Source: a virus. Taken from it: a stretch of 13,388 nt of DNA. Positions within the stretch are counted from its first letter, which is position 1. Each line of letters starts with the position of its first letter. The notes below the pieces were generated by a model. That model did not search any database. It saw nothing but the letters and a program-made list of their open reading frames with translations, and was not told where the DNA came from. The stretch is taken from the IMG/VR virus record IMGVR_UViG_3300045988_103977, one strand, 5' to 3'. The position numbers and the translations under genes are program-made. Positions 7,195-12,925 of this stretch are shown in pieces.

Positions 7195-7506
7195 TTAATT
7201 TTTAATCTTAATCAGATAATCAATGTGAGCGAATCCTGCAATCATTTTTCCGTCTGGCATGGTATACTGTCCAAGTACCCATTTGAGGGTCGAGTCGGTA
7301 AAGCCGTAACCGAAAAATGTGCTACCTTTTGGCATGGATGCAATTACATTGCTGTCGTATGTTGGTGCGTCACGTAACATCAAGTCAAGGTTTTTGGTGT
7401 CTACTTTCATCTCCCCGTATACATCTGTGTGGGGGTGTAGCATGTAACCTTTTGTGTGTTCTGATGTTTTTGCGATGATTTCTGCTGATATGTTCAATGT
7501 GTTCAC
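7195..7506 (-). CDS. Small stand-alone SH3b-like domain protein
   Basis: 103-aa ORF. LMLRDAPTYDSNVIASMPKGSTFFGYGF...WVLGQYTMPDGKMIAGFAHIDYL follows the bacterial SH3 (SH3_3) pattern L.VR..P...S.VI..l.KG....v...GW......G..GwvhssYL. The GTG start overlaps the holin stop (GTGA). An in-frame TTG 9 nt downstream has better spacing to the GGTGA ribosome-binding site, so the start is uncertain. Confidence 0.5.
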   Translation of the reverse strand: MNTLNISAEIIAKTSEHTKGYMLHPHTDVYGEMKVDTKNLDLMLRDAPTYDSNVIASMPKGSTFFGYGFTDSTLKWVLGQYTMPDGKMIAGFAHIDYLIKIKN

Positions 7507-7691
7507 CCCTCTTCCATTCGGTCAAGAAGTTTTTGCAATACCAGTGTGTTGTTATTAAGTGCGTCCTGTAGTTTGTTTACCTCTTCTTTGTGCGACTGCA
7601 TCTCCTGATACCACAAATAGAACGTCACAGCAAGGCAAGCTACTGGCACTCCCAGATTTGCGAAAATAGTACTGATTGTGTTTAAGTCCAT
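7503..7691 (-). CDS. Holin-like protein (BhlA/UviB-type architecture)
   Basis: 62-aa ORF with AGGTGA 5 nt upstream of the ATG. It has one N-terminal transmembrane segment (ISTIFANLGVPVACLAVTFYLW) and a charged coiled-coil tail (HKEEVNKLQDALNNNTLVLQKLLDRMEEG). Size and layout match the BhlA/UviB holin-like family. Confidence 0.5.
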   Translation of the reverse strand: MDLNTISTIFANLGVPVACLAVTFYLWYQEMQSHKEEVNKLQDALNNNTLVLQKLLDRMEEG

Positions 7692-7735
7692 TCGTTCACC
7701 TACTTTCTTTCGGAACTCCGTGCAATCGTGTCATA

Positions 7736-7826
7736 TGTGAGGGAAGTCCGAGTCGTGAGTTGGACGAACTCATGCACTACAGTTCCGCTGTATGTCCTTG
7801 TGCTACGGACTTTTGTTTCCCTCACA
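7736..7826 (-). ncRNA. Candidate structured RNA (three-way junction): pRNA-like element or stabilising 5' leader
   Basis: The outer helix pairs 7736..7745 with 7817..7826 (10 perfect bp) and 7746..7750 with 7806..7810 (5 bp), separated by a 6-nt bulge at 7811..7816. The first inner hairpin pairs 7756..7761 with 7767..7772 and has its loop at 7762..7766. The second pairs 7778..7782 with 7788..7792 and has its loop at 7783..7787. The first loop (minus-strand CGUCC) is complementary to GGAC in the junction strand (7795..7798). The structure lies in a 146-bp non-coding gap, and a promoter is positioned to start transcription at the base of the helix. Confidence 0.4.
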
Positions 7827-7831
7827 CATAC

Positions 7832-7860
7832 AGTGTACTACATGTGAAAATAACTGTCAA
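7832..7860 (-). promoter_or_regulatory. Predicted strong promoter embedded in the 3' end of the ATPase gene
   Basis: The minus strand reads TTGACA (7860..7855), a 17-nt spacer, then TACACT (7837..7832), preceded by the AT-rich AAATTTCTTC. The predicted start at about 7825-7829 coincides with the first pairs of the 7736..7826 helix. Confidence 0.55.
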
Positions 7861-8902
7861 GAAGAAATTTCGATTCTATGTCCTCAAAATAGATTTTATC
7901 CTCAAGGTAGTTGATGTTCCATATCCATGCATAGTACCGTTTAAAAGCCTTAATGTTCTTTTCATTGATTCCGGTAAAGGTTCGGATAGGGACTCCCTGT
8001 TTGTGTTTACAGACGTAAAGCATATCTGAGGACTTGTGTTCGTATATCGCGATTTCTTCAAAGAATACCAGTGGGAGATATTCTGAGAGGTTTTGGGTTC
8101 TTACGTCTGAGTAATCCGTGTCGTAGAACTCATTTCCTAGAGCCATCTGAGAAAAGCCGCTGTGCTCACCTACCATTTTATAGAGTGCTGTTTCTTTCTT
8201 GGCTTGTGAGATAGGACTGTTACACAGGTTATAGAGTGCTATTCCCCTTGACTTGAGAAAAGCTGTTTCCTGCCGCTTCCGTGACATATCCGCAACTTTA
8301 CGGATGAGTCCCAGACTGGCAAACAGTTCACAACCCACATTATCAGAGTTTGAAAAACATAACACCTGTAACGGTGGAAGTCCTTTTAGTTCTCTATTAC
8401 GGTTCATAGTTTCATAACCATGCAAGAATGATTCTGCAATGCCGCGTGGAACCCTGTCCCCTTTTTGTGGGATGAATTCGTCCCAAAACCACAATGATAC
8501 ATCCTCAGCAGAGAATCCACGCAAGTTAGATAATGTTGTGATAGCAGAGCCATATCCTACGGGTTTTCCGACTGGTGTCATCTTTCCATCTTCATCTTCC
8601 TCCGTGTGATAATATCCTGCAATATTATTAATGGAATAAGGCTGTATGTTATATCCTAAATCACTATTAATAGGTTTAAATGGGGACAGTTCTTTATTTT
8701 TGATTTTGTCAAGCTGTGTCTGTTTCGTTCGGGAATACATAAAGGTCTTGTGTTCTTCCAAGGCATATTTCAAACCACCATATGTCTTTCCTGTACCTCT
8801 GCCGCCCCAGATAAAATTAAAAGGATAGCCGTTGTCGACTATCCTCTTAATGTTCAAATATCCTTGTGGTGTGTACAGTTCGGATTTTTTCTTACTTGAC
8901 AT
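7838..8902 (-). CDS. DNA encapsidation ATPase (phi29 gp16-like)
   Basis: I place the start at ATG 8902 (MSSKKKSELYTPQGYL...), giving 354 aa. The 46 upstream codons of the track ORF overlap the preceding gene. ELYTPQGYL...NFIWGGRGTGKTY resembles phi29 gp16 LFYNPQKML...NFVIGARGIGKSY (Walker A). LWFWDEFIPQK resembles IVFDEFIREK (Walker B). METMNRNRE...VLCFSNS resembles MDTVFRNRE...CICLSNA. The phi29 sequences are from memory. Confidence 0.9.
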   Translation of the reverse strand: MSSKKKSELYTPQGYLNIKRIVDNGYPFNFIWGGRGTGKTYGGLKYALEEHKTFMYSRTKQTQLDKIKNKELSPFKPINSDLGYNIQPYSINNIAGYYHTEEDEDGKMTPVGKPVGYGSAITTLSNLRGFSAEDVSLWFWDEFIPQKGDRVPRGIAESFLHGYETMNRNRELKGLPPLQVLCFSNSDNVGCELFASLGLIRKVADMSRKRQETAFLKSRGIALYNLCNSPISQAKKETALYKMVGEHSGFSQMALGNEFYDTDYSDVRTQNLSEYLPLVFFEEIAIYEHKSSDMLYVCKHKQGVPIRTFTGINEKNIKAFKRYYAWIWNINYLEDKIYFEDIESKFLLDSYFHM

Positions 8903-9245
8903 ATTTTGCCGTGATATATTCACGGTTGTTCTTGCTACGTTCTGACACAATTTCGATACATACGTCTGCGACTTTGCACTTATTAGCAAGTTCCATAATT
9001 CTGTCAAAGGTACGAATAAATGCCGCTGATGTCGTTGCAAATACCTGACCCTCAGTTGTTAATACAGTAAGGATTCTTACCATTTCGCTGTATGCATTGA
9101 ACTCTTCATAGAGGCAATATTTGTCAACGTGTACCTGCTGACCTTTAAGGTCTGCTCCGCGTAAACGGTCTGGCGACTCGAACATGTCATAAGATAAATC
9201 CATTGTCCACTCATTGTCCATAATATTTGTTTTTACAATATCCAT
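8892..9245 (-). CDS. Early protein, possibly a phi29 p5-like ssDNA-binding protein
   Basis: 117-aa ORF with AAGGAG 8 nt upstream of the ATG. ILTVLTTEGQVFATTSAAFIRTF...CIEIVSERSKNNREYITAKY resembles recalled phi29 p5 TVTTIFAADGSLYSAISKTV...KVKVVQGTSSKGNVFFSLQL. The functional call rests on that weak, memory-based similarity. Confidence 0.4.
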   Translation of the reverse strand: MDIVKTNIMDNEWTMDLSYDMFESPDRLRGADLKGQQVHVDKYCLYEEFNAYSEMVRILTVLTTEGQVFATTSAAFIRTFDRIMELANKCKVADVCIEIVSERSKNNREYITAKYVK

Positions 9246-9271
9246 GTTATTTTCTCCTTTTCATGTTTCAT

Positions 9272-9285
9272 GTTTCACGTGAAAC
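9272..9285. promoter_or_regulatory. Palindrome GTTTCACGTGAAAC (site 3)
   Basis: Perfect 14-bp palindrome. It shares the 17-mer TGTTTCACGTGAAACGT with site 4. It is preceded by a tandem TGTTTCA half-repeat (9264..9277). It lies 27 nt upstream of the 9245 start codon. Confidence 0.5.
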
Positions 9286-9320
9286 GTAACACTTATATAT
9301 GAGGAGTTGCGTTTTTTAAT

Positions 9321-9334
9321 GTTTCACGTGAAAC
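9321..9334. promoter_or_regulatory. Palindrome GTTTCACGTGAAAC (site 4)
   Basis: Perfect 14-bp palindrome, 49 bp centre to centre from site 3. A TATATAAG -10-like element (minus strand, 9299..9292) lies between the two sites. I found no good -35 for it. Confidence 0.5.
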
Positions 9335-9396
9335 GTTGTATAGTTAGTGATTAGAATAGCGAATCGAAAGTTTTTAATATGTTATTGGTGTAGTGT

Positions 9397-9705
9397 TTAG
9401 TCCACTACTGGTTTCATTTCTTCAAGTGGTTCTGTTGACACACCACCAGATGCTTCGAGTTCCGCGATAGCGGCTCTGATGAAGTTTTCATCTGACAGGT
9501 GGTAAGTACAGAATTTGGTTTCTGTAGTGATGTTTTCTACAGTTGCACCAGACGGGATAAGTACCTCATCTTTCTTCATGTCATTATACATCTTGGTCTG
9601 TGTCCATGATGTACCAACAAATTCTCTTGTTGCTGTTTTGATTTCCTCAGAACCCTGTTCCTTATAGTACAGAGTCATTACTGTAGTTGTGATAGTTCTA
9701 ACCAA
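9397..9705 (-). CDS. Early protein, possibly a phi29 p6-like dsDNA-binding (histone-like) protein
   Basis: The track ORF starts at GTG 9714, but that GTG overlaps the GGAG of the ribosome-binding site AAAGGAG. The in-frame TTG at 9705 lies 8 nt downstream of it, giving 102 aa. RTITTTV...REFVGT...YHLSDENFIRAAIAE plus the acidic tail resembles recalled phi29 p6 REITKTTV...ETFVGN...YELPVEKFLEVATV plus its acidic tail. It is the first gene behind a strong early-type promoter. Confidence 0.4.
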   Translation of the reverse strand: MVRTITTTVMTLYYKEQGSEEIKTATREFVGTSWTQTKMYNDMKKDEVLIPSGATVENITTETKFCTYHLSDENFIRAAIAELEASGGVSTEPLEEMKPVVD

Positions 9706-9743
9706 CTTTCTCACTCCTTTCTTATTATAATGTCGTTTCGGAT

Positions 9744-9758
9744 GTACTTCCTAAGTAC
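9744..9758. promoter_or_regulatory. Palindrome GTACTT-CCT-AAGTAC at the predicted +1 of the leftward early promoter
   Basis: Two 6-bp arms with a 3-nt centre. It begins about 7 nt downstream of the minus-strand -10. It could be an operator or the 5'-terminal hairpin of the transcript. It is flanked by two direct TATTATAAT copies (9723..9731 and 9761..9769). Confidence 0.4.
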
Positions 9759-9764
9759 GATATT

Positions 9765-9793
9765 ATAATAGCATAATATTTTTTGGTTTTCAA
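9765..9793 (-). promoter_or_regulatory. Leftward early promoter
   Basis: The minus strand reads TTGAAA (9793..9788), a 17-nt spacer, then TGC-TATTAT (extended -10, hexamer 9770..9765). Confidence 0.6.
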
Positions 9794-9814
9794 TAATTTT
9801 TTTCAAATTGGTTG

Positions 9815-9843
9815 TTGACATTCAACAGGAAGTGCGCTATTAT
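9815..9843 (+). promoter_or_regulatory. Rightward early promoter for the replication operon
   Basis: TTGACA (9815..9820), a 17-nt spacer, then TATTAT (9838..9843). It lies about 43 nt upstream of the ATG at 9886. Confidence 0.7.
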
Positions 9844-9885
9844 ATACTTGTAACAAATATAAGGTTTCAAGAAAAGGAGTTTAAA

Positions 9886-10128
9886 ATGACTACTGAAAAA
9901 GCAAAATCTGTGTTAGAAAAATTAAAAAAAGGAAATTTTGAGAGAGGTATTGTAATTGTTAATGATAACTCATTTAACATCAATGTTATGCCGGGTATTA
10001 CTCGCTTACATATCAGTGAAAATTGGCTAGAATTAATTGATATTAGAACAAAGATAACATTGACAACGGTTGACATTTCTACAATATCTTCCATCTGGGG
10101 ATATATGGACGGCGAACTTATTTGCTAA
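9886..10128 (+). CDS. Hypothetical early protein (80 aa)
   Basis: ATG at 9886 with AAAGGAG 7 nt upstream. The track start at 9808 would lie upstream of the promoter. I recognise no motif in the product. Confidence 0.6.
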   Translation: MTTEKAKSVLEKLKKGNFERGIVIVNDNSFNINVMPGITRLHISENWLELIDIRTKITLTTVDISTISSIWGYMDGELIC

Positions 10129-10143
10129 TAAAGGAGATTAACA

Positions 10144-10227
10144 ATGAGTCTGCTGATATTAGGTTTTATCATGGGTTATATGGTAGGAATGATAATGTTT
10201 GGTCTGGATGAGAGGAAAAAGAAATGA
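10144..10227 (+). CDS. 27-aa membrane micro-protein (MSLLILGFIMGYMVGMIMFGLDERKKK)
   Basis: Not in the ORF track. AAAGGAG lies 7 nt upstream of the ATG. It has a single hydrophobic helix and a basic tail. Its stop overlaps the next start (ATGA). Confidence 0.5.
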   Translation: MSLLILGFIMGYMVGMIMFGLDERKKK

Positions 10228-10397
10228 AAACTGTGAGTATCAATTTTGACGAGCGGATATTGAGCAACCTTGATTCCCTAGCTGAAAAGTTAGGGACTTC
10301 AAGGAGTAACACGTTAATGATCGTGTTGAGGGAGAACGTTATACTCTCCCTCTTAAATAAGGAGGACGGTAAATATGGCAAAGAAATCTGCAAGTAG
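10224..10397 (+). CDS. Ribbon-helix-helix (CopG/Arc/MetJ-type) DNA-binding protein, 57 aa
   Basis: Not in the ORF track. MKTVSINFDERILSNLDSLAEKLGTSRSNTLMIVLRE has the pattern of a beta-strand, helix A, a G-x-S/T turn and helix B. It is coupled to the upstream ORF by ATGA and overlaps the next gene by 23 nt. Confidence 0.65.
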   Translation: MKTVSINFDERILSNLDSLAEKLGTSRSNTLMIVLRENVILSLLNKEDGKYGKEICK

Positions 10398-10881
10398 GGT
10401 ACAGCTTGAAGTCAAGTACAGAGAGTTAAGAAAGAAACTGGTGGGACAGATTGAGAAAGTATCTAAAAGTGCTTACGCGAAAGATGTAGAAAAGGCTAAA
10501 AGGTATATTGAGCCTAGAATACCAAGCGCATCTAATATCAGTTCAAAGAGAAATTTAGAAATGGCTATCCGTGAAGCGGAAGCCGCATTGAAGAATAAAA
10601 CGTTTGTAATCTCAGAGCGTAAACGTATGAGAAAAAAGGCTATTGAGAGGTTAAATAAAACATTCGGAACTGACTACTTCAAGAACTATAGACAAGCAAC
10701 TAAATTCTATGATTTTATGGAATTGGTTCGAACTCATTCCGAAGATATCATCTATGATAGTGATAAAGCGGCAGAGATTTTTCTTGAACATAGTAAAGAA
10801 CCATTACAAAAAATTTTAAAGAGATATAGAGAGTATGAAGCAGAGTTTAGTAAAAGAAGTCCAAAAAGAGTATCTTTCTGA
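10375..10881 (+). CDS. Putative terminal protein (replication primer), 168 aa
   Basis: AAGGAGG lies 7 nt upstream of the ATG. The gene is immediately upstream of, and overlaps, the protein-primed polymerase gene, as phi29 gene 3 precedes gene 2. The product is very basic. Its N-terminus MAKKSASRV...YRELRKK resembles phi29 TP MARSPRIRI...YARLVKN. The IIYDSDK...QKILKRYREY...F-end resembles phi29 EEFDSEG...YKILSYLEQY...F-end (from memory). Confidence 0.5.
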   Translation: MAKKSASRVQLEVKYRELRKKLVGQIEKVSKSAYAKDVEKAKRYIEPRIPSASNISSKRNLEMAIREAEAALKNKTFVISERKRMRKKAIERLNKTFGTDYFKNYRQATKFYDFMELVRTHSEDIIYDSDKAAEIFLEHSKEPLQKILKRYREYEAEFSKRSPKRVSF

Positions 10882-12925
10882 TATTATCAGAGGTATTCCG
10901 ATTGCCAGAAACTACAACAGGAGAAAGAAAATTGATAAAACACTTTTCCGAAACTGTATGTGTGCTTTTGACATTGAAACTACTTATCTGGATGAGATTG
11001 AACAGAGTATCATGTATATTTGGCAATTCGCCGTCATGGATTTGAGGACGGAAAATATATGGTACTGTTTCGGTAGAACATGGTATGAGTTTATTGAACT
11101 GTTGAATAGCTTCTACCATGAGGGTATTACCGTTATGATATGGGTTCATAACTTGAGTTATGAATTTCAGTTTATGCGGCATTGGCTACCCTTTATGAAA
11201 GACAAGATATTTGCTCTCAAGTCGAGAAAAGTTGTGAGAGCGGATATTGACGGAGTACAGTTCAGGTGTTCGTATATACAGACAAATAAGAGTCTGGACG
11301 CATTCACAAAGGACATGGGTGTGAAGCATCAAAAGCTCAGTGGGGTTGAATTTGACTACTCGAAGAAGCGTTATCCATGGACTAAAATGTCAGAGTATGA
11401 ATTAGCATATGGATGTAATGATGTTGTCGGTCTACTCGAAGCTATGAAAGTTAGAATGGATATGGAACATGACACGTTATATTCTATACCACTCACCTCT
11501 ACGGGGTATGTCAGACGGCTTGCCAAGAATGCAATGAAGTCATTCAATCATAATCAGCTACAGGCTATGATGTGTAATACCGATGTGTATAGACTATTAA
11601 GACTCGAATTCCGTGGTGGTGACACACACGCAAACAGGTATCATGTTAATCAGATACTTGAAAACGTGGCAAGTTTTGACCGGGCAAGCAGTTATCCAGA
11701 TGTTATGTTAAATTATAGGTTTCCTATGAGTGCATTCACCCCTAGAATGATAACTGACATAGAAGAACTTGAACGAAAATGTAAAGTCAGAGATTGCTGT
11801 TTCATTGCTGTGTTCACTATCACCCATTTACAACAGAGGGATATATATTATGGGGCGCCGTACCTCAGTCTTGACAAGTCTATAGAGATAGGCGGTCAAG
11901 TAGTTGACAATGGACGGGTACTGAGTGCTGACAAGGCTGTGTATGTGTTCAATGATATTGATTGGAAGATAGTCAAGAGTGAGTACGTTGGTGAAGTTGA
12001 GATAAGTCAAGTATATATTGCCAAATATGGGTATTTACCACAAGCATTTAGGAATCTAGTCATTGACTTGTTCCACAAGAAAACATCACTCAAGAACGTT
12101 GAGGGGGAGGAATTGAACTATATGAGAAGTAAGGAATTAATCAACTCACTGTATGGGATGTGTGCTCAGAACCCTGTTAAGCCGGATGTAATATACATGG
12201 ATGAACCAGAACAGGCTTTTAAACTAGAAGAGATCGCGGACATAGGAGAAAAACTTGAGAAATACAACAAGAAAGCATTTCTTCTTTATGCATGGGGTTG
12301 TTGGGTAACTGCATGGGCGAGGTTAAAACTCAAGGAGATGATAAACATTGTGGGAGATAATTTTGTATATTGTGATACTGACTCTGTCAAGTTCCTTGTT
12401 CGTAATGATTATGATGGAATTATTCAGAAGATAGAAGAGTACAACAAGGGACTGAGAGAACTCAGTATTTCTAATAAGGGATTTGCTGATGATAAGAAAG
12501 GCATTACACACTACTTAGGTGTATATGAATACGAAGAAACATATAAACAGTTTAAGACGTTAGGAGCTAAGAAGTATGCATATGTTAGAGAAGATGGAAC
12601 ATTCAAAATTACGATTGCAGGTGTCCCCAAGAAAGCAGGGGCGAAAGAAATGGAAAGAATCGAGAACTTCAATGTTGGTTTCATATTCCGTAATACGGGT
12701 AAGTTGGAATCAGTCTACAATGACAGTGATTATGGAACTTACTATCCAGATGATTCACCAGAACATAACGTTGAGATTCGTTCAAATGTTGTGCTACGAG
12801 AATCAACGTATGAAATCGGTCTATCGGCTGAGTATATGTACATTCTGGCATCAGTTGGAAATTGGGACAGATTTATGACACAAGAAAGGATGAAAAGATA
12901 TGAACTTGAGAGTTTACGACGCTAA
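10835..12925 (+). CDS. Protein-primed family-B DNA polymerase (phi29 gp2-like)
   Basis: 696-aa ORF with all hallmark motifs: ExoI FDIETT, ExoII HNLSYEFQF, ExoIII YGCNDVVGL, motif A FDRASSYPDVM (Dx2SLYP type), motif B KELINSLYGMCAQ, motif C YCDTDS and KxY LGAKKYAY. Confidence 0.95.
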   Translation: MKQSLVKEVQKEYLSDIIRGIPIARNYNRRKKIDKTLFRNCMCAFDIETTYLDEIEQSIMYIWQFAVMDLRTENIWYCFGRTWYEFIELLNSFYHEGITVMIWVHNLSYEFQFMRHWLPFMKDKIFALKSRKVVRADIDGVQFRCSYIQTNKSLDAFTKDMGVKHQKLSGVEFDYSKKRYPWTKMSEYELAYGCNDVVGLLEAMKVRMDMEHDTLYSIPLTSTGYVRRLAKNAMKSFNHNQLQAMMCNTDVYRLLRLEFRGGDTHANRYHVNQILENVASFDRASSYPDVMLNYRFPMSAFTPRMITDIEELERKCKVRDCCFIAVFTITHLQQRDIYYGAPYLSLDKSIEIGGQVVDNGRVLSADKAVYVFNDIDWKIVKSEYVGEVEISQVYIAKYGYLPQAFRNLVIDLFHKKTSLKNVEGEELNYMRSKELINSLYGMCAQNPVKPDVIYMDEPEQAFKLEEIADIGEKLEKYNKKAFLLYAWGCWVTAWARLKLKEMINIVGDNFVYCDTDSVKFLVRNDYDGIIQKIEEYNKGLRELSISNKGFADDKKGITHYLGVYEYEETYKQFKTLGAKKYAYVREDGTFKITIAGVPKKAGAKEMERIENFNVGFIFRNTGKLESVYNDSDYGTYYPDDSPEHNVEIRSNVVLRESTYEIGLSAEYMYILASVGNWDRFMTQERMKRYELESLRR

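Noticed and set aside
7676-8029. 117-aa plus-strand ORF spanning the ATPase-holin gap. Similar antisense ORFs occur at 757..954, 990..1331, 1771..1971, 2419..2715, 2552..2749, 3444..3650, 4955..5146, 5026..5208, 6304..6588, 7117..7377, 7876..8061, 8646..8828, 8866..9048, 9867..10094, 10169..10393, 10847..11182, 11828..12010, 12323..12511 and 12576..12878.
   Set aside because: All lie antisense to, or out of frame within, long ORFs that have clear homology motifs. They lack ribosome-binding sites and have skewed, low-complexity or Cys/Phe-rich compositions typical of shadow ORFs.
8903-9040. N-terminal 46-codon extension of the ATPase ORF (track start 9040)
   Set aside because: The extension fully overlaps the 3' part of the 8892..9245 gene in another frame. 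Similarity to phi29 gp16 begins right after the internal Met at 8902 (MSSKKKSELYTPQ).
9307-9344. Possible plus-strand promoter (TTAATG-17-TATAGT) antisense to the p6-like gene
   Set aside because: The -35 matches only 3 of 6 positions. There is no downstream ORF or structure on the plus strand. The AT-rich intergenic sequence produces such matches by chance.
9808-9885. Upstream start (9808) for the first plus-strand early ORF
   Set aside because: That start lies upstream of the TTGACA/TATTAT promoter, so it would not be on the transcript. The ATG at 9886 has a well-spaced AAAGGAG.
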